A stretch of DNA of 32,000 nucleotides from positions 26,953 to 58,952 of the forward strand of contig PBAU01000009.1 in assembly GCA_002716355.1 (NCBI GenBank). Direction: 5' to 3'. A model generated the notes under the pieces. The model made no database searches, was not told where the DNA came from, and saw nothing but the letters and a program-made list of their open reading frames with translations. The stretch is from a bacterium (lineage in GTDB: Bacteria; UBP7; UBA6624). The position numbers were made by a program, and so were the translations under genes. Of this stretch, positions 13,481 to 22,373 are shown piece by piece (positions within the stretch are counted from its first letter, which is position 1; each line of letters begins with the position of its first letter).

Positions 13481-15585
13481 TAATACAACCACTCCTTTTT
13501 AAATATTACCTTCCATGAGTCACCGGTTGATTCATCATTGGTATTTACAACTAGGTATGTTGCTTCTCCATCCTTGGGCCTGAATTCAAATCTAAAATAT
13601 GCATTAATTGCATCTGATAGATTGTTTTTTTGTACCGAAAGGCTGTAAAGATGGGATGATGTTGGGGTGTAGCCAAAATCAAATGAATATATTTCAGAGC
13701 TCGATGAGGAGCTGCCTCTTTTTACATTATTCATATTCCAGTTTGGCCCAAAAGAAAAATCATTTGTTATTTTGTAATTCAGCCACCCGTCAAGGCTCGT
13801 CTTGCTAGCATCATACCAATCTCCAGAATTGAAACCTCCACCCCATACCCATTTGTAATCATAGGCCCAGCCAAAATAGTTCAGACCGTAATCAACATAA
13901 TCATATTCACCTGCAGGTATTATTGTCCCAGGTAATGACCAAGGTTCAAAATCTTGATCCAAAACTGATTTGTACATTGTGATTTCAGGCCTCCATGACC
14001 ATCCATTACTCATAGATAAACCCAACGGTTCTATTCTTAGAGAGTTTTCTACAAGCTTGTTCGCTCCATTTGAAATTTCATTGAAGCTGATCTCATTTGA
14101 AATTTCCCTTATTTGATATTTTTCTTCACATTTTTTTTTCCAGAAATTTATACATTTTGATACATTTTCCGAATGTTCAATTTCAATTTTTTTAACTTTT
14201 ACTGAATCATTCAACGATGAGTATCTGTAATAGCCTAGGCCAGGGTCAAAATCTGCATCAAAAATCATATATTCGGCGGAGGCAGAAAGAGGATTTCCGA
14301 AGCTTTCTACTTTAAAATAATGGCCTTCTCCATCTTTATTTTCGCTTGATGAAAATTGTGACCATAAGTCAACATTCAACCTTGTCCCATTGTCGTTAAT
14401 CGACTTCCATGAAACATCTATGCCATTTGTCATGTTTGAAGAATTCGAATCTTCACTGGAGGAAATAAAACCTATATTTGTGTTGTCTGTTATTTGATGT
14501 TTTGTTCTTAGGATTGCAAAATGTTCATCAATTGAGTCTTCAACCCATGCTGTTAAAAAGCCAACCTCATTAATATCGAATTTCCCTGTGATTTTTGATC
14601 CAACTCTAAGTGGAAGCTGGTTTCCATTTTCATCTAAACCGATATTTCTGCTATGGAATGGAAGGGCTGAACCTTTGCTACCAAATGAAAAAAGTCCTGA
14701 ATTTTCTAAAAAGAAATCTCTTTTTTCAGGAAAAAACAAAGAGTAGCGAGTTAAGTTGCTTTGCTGTACATCTGCCTCAGCTTCTCCAAAATCAGCATTC
14801 AAAACTGATGCAATCCTCCATCCTTTCCATGGGGTGCCAATAATGTCTATTCCAACATCAGCCTTATAGTCCATCTCTGTTTCTTGAGTCGCTTTTCCAA
14901 GCATAAATGGTTTCATTATCCAAGGATTTGAACTGGGCAAATCATTCATTCCTGTTAATTCACCTCCTTTTGACAGTGTGTTAAGGCTATTGCTTTTTTC
15001 CCATCCTGTCCAATAGCCAGCTTCCCTTTCTTTTGAGTACCAGTATTTGAAATTTATTCCCCAGTTGTTATTATTCTCTGCATATGCAAGCGTTGAAAAA
15101 GGTATTTTTATTTCTGCACTCCATCCATCTTTTGTCAATGTGCCCATTCCTTCCCAATATCCATCCCAATCTTGATCTGGCCTGGATTCATTGGTTATCG
15201 TTCCATCAACCCTGCTTCCATTAGCATTAATGCCAAAATAGTAACCATTTCTTTTTGACAAATAAGGGTCTATAACAATTTCTATTTTGTCATCATTGTA
15301 GAGAGTTTGGTCCCTTTTTTTGTAATTGTTTATCAGCTTGTCAGTTTTTGCCTTATACCCTATATATAGATTTTCTTTATCTCTCCAGATGAAAATCCTT
15401 GCTTCAAGGGTGCCTTTTTCGCCTTCTTTTGGTTGTTGTTGAGTCCAATTTTGAATAATTGCTGCCTTGCTCCACACCTCTTCTTCGAGAATTCCATCAA
15501 TCTTCACGCTCTGCTGCATTGTTGGAGCGCTTATTGTTTTTGATGCAATCAAGATAAGTGAAATTAAAATTTTGTTTTTTTTCAT
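13480..15585 (-). CDS. Secreted CBM9-like (DOMON superfamily) domain protein with a large C-terminal DUF5916-type region, possibly a beta-barrel
   Basis: Signal peptide MKKNKILISLILIASKTISA. IDGILEEEVWSKAA...QQQPKEGEKGT...ENLYIGYKA matches the CBM9_1/DUF5916 family N-terminus. The C-terminal 450 aa is rich in alternating aromatic/Gly/Ser/Asn. Confidence 0.6.
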   Translation of the reverse strand: MKKNKILISLILIASKTISAPTMQQSVKIDGILEEEVWSKAAIIQNWTQQQPKEGEKGTLEARIFIWRDKENLYIGYKAKTDKLINNYKKRDQTLYNDDKIEIVIDPYLSKRNGYYFGINANGSRVDGTITNESRPDQDWDGYWEGMGTLTKDGWSAEIKIPFSTLAYAENNNNWGINFKYWYSKEREAGYWTGWEKSNSLNTLSKGGELTGMNDLPSSNPWIMKPFMLGKATQETEMDYKADVGIDIIGTPWKGWRIASVLNADFGEAEADVQQSNLTRYSLFFPEKRDFFLENSGLFSFGSKGSALPFHSRNIGLDENGNQLPLRVGSKITGKFDINEVGFLTAWVEDSIDEHFAILRTKHQITDNTNIGFISSSEDSNSSNMTNGIDVSWKSINDNGTRLNVDLWSQFSSSENKDGEGHYFKVESFGNPLSASAEYMIFDADFDPGLGYYRYSSLNDSVKVKKIEIEHSENVSKCINFWKKKCEEKYQIREISNEISFNEISNGANKLVENSLRIEPLGLSMSNGWSWRPEITMYKSVLDQDFEPWSLPGTIIPAGEYDYVDYGLNYFGWAYDYKWVWGGGFNSGDWYDASKTSLDGWLNYKITNDFSFGPNWNMNNVKRGSSSSSSEIYSFDFGYTPTSSHLYSLSVQKNNLSDAINAYFRFEFRPKDGEATYLVVNTNDESTGDSWKVIFKKEWLY

Positions 15586-16424
15586 ATCGTCATGAATGCT
15601 CCAAGAAGCAATAGTATGCTAATCCATCCATTTGCTGAGAAAAATGCAGCATTGATTCTTTCAATGTTATTGGCAGAAATTATTGAATGCTGCCACAATA
15701 GAAGAAAAAACATCAGAACGCAAGCAATAATCCAACCTTGAGACCAGTCAAAAGCAGACCCAAAAAGAAAAAACAGCAGTGCTGCGAAAAAATGCAGTAT
15801 GCGTGATACCGATATAGCTTTGTCTGCGCCATAAATTGCAGGAATTGAATAAAGTTTCATTTTTTTATCAAATTTAATATCTTGCAAGGAATAAAGTATA
15901 TCGAAGCCAGCAACCCAAAAAGTAACTGCTAGACATATCAGGTAGACCTTATCTCCCCATCCACCAGTTGCAGCAATGAATCCACCAGCTGGTGCACATG
16001 CAAGTGTTGCACCAAGCCAAAAATGACAAAACACACCCCATCTTTTGGTGAATGGATACATTGACAAAAGAAGGACTGCAATTGGCGCTAGTTGCCATGT
16101 TAAATCATTGAGGTTTTTTGCCGCATAGCCAAGAATCATCAAACTTGCGAAGACTAAAATCCAGACTGATTTTTTCTTAACGACACCAGTGACTAAACCC
16201 CAGTTTTTGCTTCTAGGATTTTTTTTATCGTAAGGGTAATCAATCAATCTATTAAGTCCCATTGCTGCTGTTCTTGCACCAATCATTGCGAAAAGGATAA
16301 GGCAGGTTGTTTTTACATCAGGATAATCCCTCAAACCCGCAATCAATCCAACAAATGCAAAAGGTAAAGCGAAAACGGTATGTTCAAACTTGATCAACTT
16401 TAGTATTGACGAAAAAGAATTCAT
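15582..16424 (-). CDS. mqnP: UbiA-family aromatic prenyltransferase (MqnP-type, proposed 1,4-dihydroxy-6-naphthoate polyprenyltransferase)
   Basis: NRLIDYPYDKKNPRS (N..xD...D..NPR motif) and multiple TM helices. Flanked by ubiD with a TAATG overlap. Confidence 0.8.
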   Translation of the reverse strand: MNSFSSILKLIKFEHTVFALPFAFVGLIAGLRDYPDVKTTCLILFAMIGARTAAMGLNRLIDYPYDKKNPRSKNWGLVTGVVKKKSVWILVFASLMILGYAAKNLNDLTWQLAPIAVLLLSMYPFTKRWGVFCHFWLGATLACAPAGGFIAATGGWGDKVYLICLAVTFWVAGFDILYSLQDIKFDKKMKLYSIPAIYGADKAISVSRILHFFAALLFFLFGSAFDWSQGWIIACVLMFFLLLWQHSIISANNIERINAAFFSANGWISILLLLGAFMTI

Positions 16425-17860
16425 TAATTATCTTTAATCTTTTTTAGGATTTCGTCAATTTTTTCTTGGTCTATGCCCACTTGTTCAGGCCATTCTCTTA
16501 TTGCTGATTCTCCTTCAATTTTCCTTGTACCATCAAAGCCTATTTTTGAACCAAATCCTTCAACAGGGCTTGCATGATCAAGCACGTCTACAGGGCCATT
16601 ATCCATCACAATATCTCTTTTTGGGTCAATATTAGACAAGGCATGAAAAGTTGTTTCACTTGGATTCTGGACATCAACATCTTCATCAACAACAACAATG
16701 AATTTTGTAAGACTCAACAAGCCAATTCCCCATATTGCATGTATAACTTTTCTTGCTTGGCCAGGATAGCTTTTCTTAATGCTCACAAGAAGCATATTGT
16801 GAAAAACACCTTCTGCGGGAAAGTGCATATCTTTAATCTCAGAACAGAAAAGCTTGACTAAAGGTAAAAAGATTCTTTCTGTTGCCCATCCTAAAAACCA
16901 ATCCTCCTGTAACGGCTTTCCAACAATTATGTGTGGAAAAATTGGTTTTTTTCGATGTGTTATTACTTCCAAGTGGAAAACCGGATAAGGTCCAGGGTGG
17001 CTATAAAAGCCTGTATGGTCTCCAAAAGGACCTTCCTCTTTCCTCTCGTCTGGATCTACCCATCCTTCTAGAATGAACTCAGCATGAGCAGGAACTTTGA
17101 TATCTGATGTTATACATTTAACCACTTCGACTGGTTTTTTGTTTAAGAATCCTGCTAAAAGGTATTCATCGATTCCCGGTGGAAGGGGGGCACTTGCGGA
17201 ATACATTGTTGCTGGGTCGCCACCAATCGCAATTGCAACAGGTATTTTTTCTTTTTTCTGGCTTGCTTTTACTTCATGCCTTTTACCATCTTTATGTAAT
17301 TGCCAATGCATGCCAAGTGTTTTTTTGTCATGTTTTTGAAGCCTATAAAGCCCCACGTTTCTTGAACCTGTTTCTGGGTCGTTTGTAATTGTGGATCCTA
17401 AACATATGTATGGTCCAGCATCTTTAGGCCAAAGTGTTGGTATGGGAAGTATGTCTAGATTCGCATCATCTCCTTTTAGCACAATTTCCTGACAAGGTGC
17501 TTTTTTTATTGTTTTTGGTATCAGTTGTTTACCCAGCTCAGCAAATTTTGGAAGCATGCCCATAGCGTCCAAGATTCCAGAAACCTTTGGAGGTTTCAGA
17601 AGTTGCTCAATTCTTTCTGAATGTTCGTTAATGTGTTTTACACCGAAAGCCTGAGATACGCGATCCTTGCTTCCAAAAAGATTGACTGCTAACGGAAAGT
17701 TGCTTCCTTTTATGTTTTCGAAGAGCAATGCTTCTTTGTTGTTCCTTGTGTAGTGCTCACCAATCACTGTAACTTCAATTTTTGGATCTATCTCCTCTGT
17801 GATCCTTTTTAGTTCATTCTTTTTTTCCAGATGTTTTATGTATTCAGATAAATTTTTCAT
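16424..17860 (-). CDS. mqnL: UbiD-family prFMN-dependent decarboxylase (MqnL-type)
   Basis: 478 aa with full-length UbiD-like organisation. Operonic with ubiA and ubiX homologues in a futalosine-pathway context. Confidence 0.85.
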   Translation of the reverse strand: MKNLSEYIKHLEKKNELKRITEEIDPKIEVTVIGEHYTRNNKEALLFENIKGSNFPLAVNLFGSKDRVSQAFGVKHINEHSERIEQLLKPPKVSGILDAMGMLPKFAELGKQLIPKTIKKAPCQEIVLKGDDANLDILPIPTLWPKDAGPYICLGSTITNDPETGSRNVGLYRLQKHDKKTLGMHWQLHKDGKRHEVKASQKKEKIPVAIAIGGDPATMYSASAPLPPGIDEYLLAGFLNKKPVEVVKCITSDIKVPAHAEFILEGWVDPDERKEEGPFGDHTGFYSHPGPYPVFHLEVITHRKKPIFPHIIVGKPLQEDWFLGWATERIFLPLVKLFCSEIKDMHFPAEGVFHNMLLVSIKKSYPGQARKVIHAIWGIGLLSLTKFIVVVDEDVDVQNPSETTFHALSNIDPKRDIVMDNGPVDVLDHASPVEGFGSKIGFDGTRKIEGESAIREWPEQVGIDQEKIDEILKKIKDN

Positions 17861-17924
17861 AGAAAAATTATTCTAAAAAATATTTCTTTCTCTTTTTTTA
17901 AATTACACTATATCCAATAGATTT

Positions 17925-17929
17925 GGAGG
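17925..17929 (+). promoter_or_regulatory. Shine-Dalgarno sequence GGAGG for the MFS transporter gene
   Basis: GGAGG lies 5 nt upstream of ATG 17935. Confidence 0.6.
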
Positions 17930-17934
17930 TAATT

Positions 17935-19518
17935 ATGGCTAAAAAACAAGCTTTAAGCTCAATTGATTCAAAAAAATTATTCAAAACATGCTTCATCGCC
18001 TTGGTGGCAACATCATTTTCTTTCATCGTTCGAATAATGCTGTTAGACAATGTTTGGCAAGAAATGTTTAACCTTAGTGAAACTCAGAAAGGAGAGATAT
18101 TTGGAGCTGGTCTCTGGCCATTTGCGATAAGCATAGTTCTTTTCTCTCTTTTTATTGACAGGTGGGGTTACAGAAAGGCAATGTTCTTTGCTTTTTTCTG
18201 TCATGCTTTGCAGGTATTGTTGCTTGTCACTGCAAAAGATTATTGGTGGCTTTGGTGGGGCTCTTTCATAGGTGCTTTGGGTAATGGTACTGTGGAGGCT
18301 GTAATAAATCCTGCTATTGCAACGGTTTACAAAAAAGAAAAAACAAAATGGTTGACCATTTTGCATGCAGGCTGGCCAGGTGGATTGGTGTTAGGCGGAT
18401 TGTTGGCATTGTTGGTTTCAGCTACAGGTTTAACGTGGCAATGGCAGGTCATTGTTTTATTGTTTCCAGCAATTATTTATGGAGTTAGATTGCAGGATAC
18501 AAGATTCCCTGTACATGAGAGAGTTGAGGCAGGTGTGTCTCATACTGCGATGTTAAAGGAAATGGGCTGGATGGGAGCATTGATAGTAACCTGGCTTGTT
18601 GTTTTTGAACTCGGAACTAAATTTTTGCCAGTTGAGTATATGGGATTGTCAACAACTCAATTGATTTGGGCAATCACTGCTTTAATTGTTATTTGGTACG
18701 GTAAAGTTGTTTCCTGGGCGCCAGGCAAGCCTTTGTTTGTATTTTTGTTATTGTTGATGATTCCATTAGCCACAACAGAATTAGGAACAGATGCCTGGAT
18801 TAAAGATCTTATGGGTCCAGCAATGGGAAAAATTGGACTTGATGGTATATGGGTTTTGATTTACACCGCTACAGTCATGATGCTTTTAAGGCTTAAAGCC
18901 ATTGGTGATCTGTCAAAGAAGCTTTCACCTTTACAGATATTGGCATTTAGTTCTATCTTTGCTGCTTGTGGAATTTATTTCCTTTCTATCAGTTCAGTGA
19001 GCCCATGGTTTATTTTGGGTGCCGCAACAGTGTATGGAATCGGACAAACTTTTTTCTGGCCATGCACCTTAGGCTTGGTTGCCGAACAGTTCCCTAAAGG
19101 AGGAGCGTTAACCATCAATGCTATTGCTGGAGTTGGAATGCTTGGAGTAGGGATTATAGGAACACCTTTATTAGGAAACTTACAGGATACCCAGATATAC
19201 AAAACCTTAAAAACAAACCAGCCTGAATATTATCAGGAGTTTATTCTTGAAGAAAATAAAAATAGTATTTTTGGAGAATATCAGCAATTGGATCAAGAGA
19301 GCATGAAGAAGCTTGATGCTGATCTGGCTGATGATGATGGTTCAGAATCTTTCCAAAGGCTTCAGGAAAAAAGGAAAGCGCTTACAAGGTCAACGAATGA
19401 AGCAAAAAGCAATGCTTTAAAGCTTGCTTCCATACCTCCTATATTTATGGCTCTTTGTTATTTTGTTTTAATTAATTACTTCAGAAGCAAAGGTGGCTAT
19501 AAGCAGGTTAAACTTTAG
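17935..19518 (+). CDS. MFS transporter with a C-terminal acidic/coiled extension and one extra terminal TM helix
   Basis: Multiple TM helices throughout. ATG 17935 follows the GGAGG; the track start at 17923 is TTG and overlaps the SD. The C-terminal ~110 aa (QEFILEENK...DADLADDDGSE...) ends in the helix IPPIFMALCYFVLINYF. Confidence 0.8.
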   Translation: MAKKQALSSIDSKKLFKTCFIALVATSFSFIVRIMLLDNVWQEMFNLSETQKGEIFGAGLWPFAISIVLFSLFIDRWGYRKAMFFAFFCHALQVLLLVTAKDYWWLWWGSFIGALGNGTVEAVINPAIATVYKKEKTKWLTILHAGWPGGLVLGGLLALLVSATGLTWQWQVIVLLFPAIIYGVRLQDTRFPVHERVEAGVSHTAMLKEMGWMGALIVTWLVVFELGTKFLPVEYMGLSTTQLIWAITALIVIWYGKVVSWAPGKPLFVFLLLLMIPLATTELGTDAWIKDLMGPAMGKIGLDGIWVLIYTATVMMLLRLKAIGDLSKKLSPLQILAFSSIFAACGIYFLSISSVSPWFILGAATVYGIGQTFFWPCTLGLVAEQFPKGGALTINAIAGVGMLGVGIIGTPLLGNLQDTQIYKTLKTNQPEYYQEFILEENKNSIFGEYQQLDQESMKKLDADLADDDGSESFQRLQEKRKALTRSTNEAKSNALKLASIPPIFMALCYFVLINYFRSKGGYKQVKL

Positions 19519-19522
19519 GAGG
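19517..19522 (+). promoter_or_regulatory. Shine-Dalgarno sequence AGGAGG for the TIM-barrel gene
   Basis: AGGAGG overlaps the MFS TAG stop and lies 4 nt before ATG 19527. Confidence 0.6.
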
Positions 19523-19526
19523 AAAT

Positions 19527-20522
19527 ATGACAAGACCAGTAACACTTTTTACAGGACAATGGGCAGATTTAAGTCTTGAAACGATAGCTGAAAAAGCATC
19601 ATCTTGGGGATACGAAGGGCTTGAGTTAGCTTGTTGGGGAGACCATGTTGATGTTACAAAAGCTGCGAATGATATTGAATATGCAAAAAGCAGAAAGGAA
19701 ATTCTTTCGAAGTATGGCTTGAAGTGCTGGTCGATAAGCAACCACCTAGCAGGTCAATTGGGTTGTGATTTAAACAATGATTCAAGATCTGACATGTTTG
19801 TTCCAGAAGATCTCCATGGCGATACTGAAGGTAAAAGAGACTGGGCAGTCCAGAAGATGAAGGATACAGCTCACGCTGCAAAGAATATTGGTGTGGATGT
19901 TGTTAACGGCTTTACAGGATCTTCAATCTGGCATTTAATTTACAGCTTTCCGCCAGTTTCTGAAAAAATGATTGAAGATGGCTTTTCTCATTTTGCAAAA
20001 TTATGGAATCCAATACTGGATGTTTTTGATGAGTGCAATGTTAAATTCGCATTAGAGGTTCACCCTACAGAGATAGCTTTTGACATAATAACCGCTAGAA
20101 GAGCATTAGATGCAATTGACAACAGGGTTGCCTTTGGTTTTAATTTCGATCCAAGCCATTTACATTGGCAAATGGTTGATCCTGTCAGGTTTTTGTATGA
20201 GTTCAAGGACAGAATATACCATTGCCATATGAAAGATGCTGCTTTGCAGTTGGATGGAACCACAGGGGTGCTCGGAAGCCATTTGAATTTTGGAGAAAAT
20301 GGAAGGGGTTGGGATTTCAGAAGTCTTGGAAGAGGTGAGGTTGATTTCGAGGAGATAATCCGTGCGTTAAACCATATAGGTTACAAAGGTCCACTTTCAG
20401 TCGAATGGGAAGATGCTTTGATGGATAGAGAACATGGCGCAATGGAGGCATGTTCTTTCGTCAAATCTTTGGATTTTCCAAGCAGTGATAGAGTTTTTGA
20501 TGAGGCTTTTGGTGAAGAATAA
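19527..20522 (+). CDS. Sugar phosphate isomerase/epimerase (xylose-isomerase-like TIM barrel)
   Basis: GYEGLELACWGDH, ALEVHPTE, FNFDPSH and SVEWED are typical metal-ligand and strand motifs of the AP_endonuc_2 / xylose isomerase-like family. Confidence 0.75.
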   Translation: MTRPVTLFTGQWADLSLETIAEKASSWGYEGLELACWGDHVDVTKAANDIEYAKSRKEILSKYGLKCWSISNHLAGQLGCDLNNDSRSDMFVPEDLHGDTEGKRDWAVQKMKDTAHAAKNIGVDVVNGFTGSSIWHLIYSFPPVSEKMIEDGFSHFAKLWNPILDVFDECNVKFALEVHPTEIAFDIITARRALDAIDNRVAFGFNFDPSHLHWQMVDPVRFLYEFKDRIYHCHMKDAALQLDGTTGVLGSHLNFGENGRGWDFRSLGRGEVDFEEIIRALNHIGYKGPLSVEWEDALMDREHGAMEACSFVKSLDFPSSDRVFDEAFGEE

Positions 20523-20537
20523 AGAAGTGTGGCTTTC

Positions 20538-22367
20538 TTAGATTTTTTTATTTACGTTTAGTAATGTTGTTTCGCAAAGTTCATTGCTTTCTTTAAGGAA
20601 TTCATTAAGTTTTGACTCAAAAATTTTCTTGAATTTTTCATCCTTTATTTCTTTCAGGTTTATTTTTACATTCAAGCCTGCAGATTCCGCTCCAGCTTTT
20701 GCAAGAAGTGCGCCAGAGCCGACATCGCTTGCCATTCCAGCATCCATGATTTCTGATATTTCACAACAGATCCTTAATGCTGCAAGGCATTGTTTGACTG
20801 TTTGAAGAGGAACATCTGTTGCCTTTTTGTAACCTTCTTGCATCATCCTGCTTCTGGTTTCTTTTTCCTCTTTGGTATCTTTCGGCATTCTCATTGCTTC
20901 TATGACAGAGTCAAATGCATTTGTGTCTTCATCAACTGCTTTTAGGAGAGAATCCTTGATCATCTGTCCTGTTTCTGAAATTTTGCAAAGCTTTTCATAA
21001 TCGTCATCAAACTTTGACTTTCCGACCGATAGGTTTGCAACCATTGTCCCTAGTGCTGCTCCAAGCGAACCGGCAAGAGCCGCAACAGACCCTCCTCCTG
21101 GGGCAGGGGTGTCTCTAGAAACCTCGTCGACAAAATCAAAAGTTTGCTTGTTCACAAGTTCACCATTCATCAATGGTAACCCTAACACTTTTTCCTCAAT
21201 CTCAAAAGGAGAAACATCCCTTAAGCCTAAAGACTGTATTCCGTTTTCAACAATGTCTAGAGATGGTAACCCAGTTGATTTTTTCATTTTCCTCAAATAA
21301 AAAACCCCAGCTTCTTTTATTGACTGATAAGGGATAAGCCCTACGATTTCAGAGCCAGTTATCATTATCCCTCTTTTGTTGGCTTCCTTTATAGCTTCTT
21401 CATATATCAAATGCGGGGGGCTGATTTTGTAGTTTGTAAGGTTCATGCTGATTTGTGATTTTTTGTATTCGTCAATAACCCAGCCGATAGCCTTTACATG
21501 ATCAAATTTTCCATCCTTAAAGACGGGGCCTGACGGTTTTTCTTTGTTTATCTGCAGGCTTTTGTACCTTTCTTCAAGGTTTTTTCCATATTTGTTTTTG
21601 TAATGTGAAGAAAGTTCTTCAAAGCTATCTGCAACATAATCGTCATTGCCGCATGGATGCCTGCCATCCTCAGGGAAGTTTACCACTTTTCCCTTGTAGT
21701 AAAAAGGTTCAGTGTTGCCTTCTCTTTTCCATCTACCTCTTTCCCTTAGCTCGTAAGCAATATCATTGGCATATTTCCTATCTGTTGTATTAAGGTTTAT
21801 ATTCCATGCAATTAGAAATTCCCTGGCTCCAACAGCTGTCGCGCCTGATTTTTCATTAAAGGAAAAAGGACCATAGTCTGGCTTCCATTGTGGGTTTGAA
21901 ACTCTATCTTTAAGCCCTTCGTATTCACCTTGTCTGACATTGGCTAGATTAGACCTTTCTTTTGATTTGGCAGCTTCCTCATAAAGGTAAACTGGTATTT
22001 TCAATTCCTCACCAATCCTTTTTCCAACCTCATTTGCAATAAGAATACAATCCTCCATTGATATGTTGTCAACAGGGACAAAAGGACAAACATCAGTTGT
22101 TCCCATTCGCGGATGTGCGCCTGAATGTTTTCTCATATCTATAATCTCACTGGCTTTTTTTACCGAAAGAAAGGCTGCTTCTTTAACAGCTTCAGGATTG
22201 CCTACAAATGTAACAACTGTTCTGTTTGTATCAGAACCCATGTCAACATCTTTAACTTCAACACCAGTTACTGACTTTATGACTGAAATGATCTGATTTA
22301 TCTTTTCCTCGCTTCTTCCTTCTGAAAAATTAGGAACACATTCAACAAGCCCTAAGTTGCTAGGCAT
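20538..22367 (-). CDS. Bifunctional glutamate formimidoyltransferase / formimidoyl-THF cyclodeaminase (FTCD-like fusion)
   Basis: N-terminal LVECVPNFSEGR hallmark and HPRMGTTDVCPFVP. C-terminal TPAPGGGSVAALAGSLGAALGTMVANLS cyclodeaminase motif. Confidence 0.85.
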   Translation of the reverse strand: MPSNLGLVECVPNFSEGRSEEKINQIISVIKSVTGVEVKDVDMGSDTNRTVVTFVGNPEAVKEAAFLSVKKASEIIDMRKHSGAHPRMGTTDVCPFVPVDNISMEDCILIANEVGKRIGEELKIPVYLYEEAAKSKERSNLANVRQGEYEGLKDRVSNPQWKPDYGPFSFNEKSGATAVGAREFLIAWNINLNTTDRKYANDIAYELRERGRWKREGNTEPFYYKGKVVNFPEDGRHPCGNDDYVADSFEELSSHYKNKYGKNLEERYKSLQINKEKPSGPVFKDGKFDHVKAIGWVIDEYKKSQISMNLTNYKISPPHLIYEEAIKEANKRGIMITGSEIVGLIPYQSIKEAGVFYLRKMKKSTGLPSLDIVENGIQSLGLRDVSPFEIEEKVLGLPLMNGELVNKQTFDFVDEVSRDTPAPGGGSVAALAGSLGAALGTMVANLSVGKSKFDDDYEKLCKISETGQMIKDSLLKAVDEDTNAFDSVIEAMRMPKDTKEEKETRSRMMQEGYKKATDVPLQTVKQCLAALRICCEISEIMDAGMASDVGSGALLAKAGAESAGLNVKINLKEIKDEKFKKIFESKLNEFLKESNELCETTLLNVNKKI

Positions 22368-22373
22368 TTTGCT

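Noticed and set aside
10701-13492. Longer track start codons for mqnE (10736), bcp (12017) and the PNGase F-like gene (GTG 13492).
   Set aside because: The downstream ATGs (10700, 11936, 13480) give canonical start/stop overlaps with the preceding gene. They also give sensible N-termini: a signal peptide for the PNGase F-like protein and a signal-anchor for Bcp. The longer forms would overlap the upstream coding region by 13-85 nt.
20522-20549. AAGAA/TTCTT stem (5 bp, 8-nt loop) followed by T7, as an intrinsic terminator for the TIM-barrel gene.
   Set aside because: The stem has a single G-C pair, and the T7 run is the Lys-Lys-Ile codons at the FTCD C-terminus read on the other strand. The support is too weak to list as a feature.
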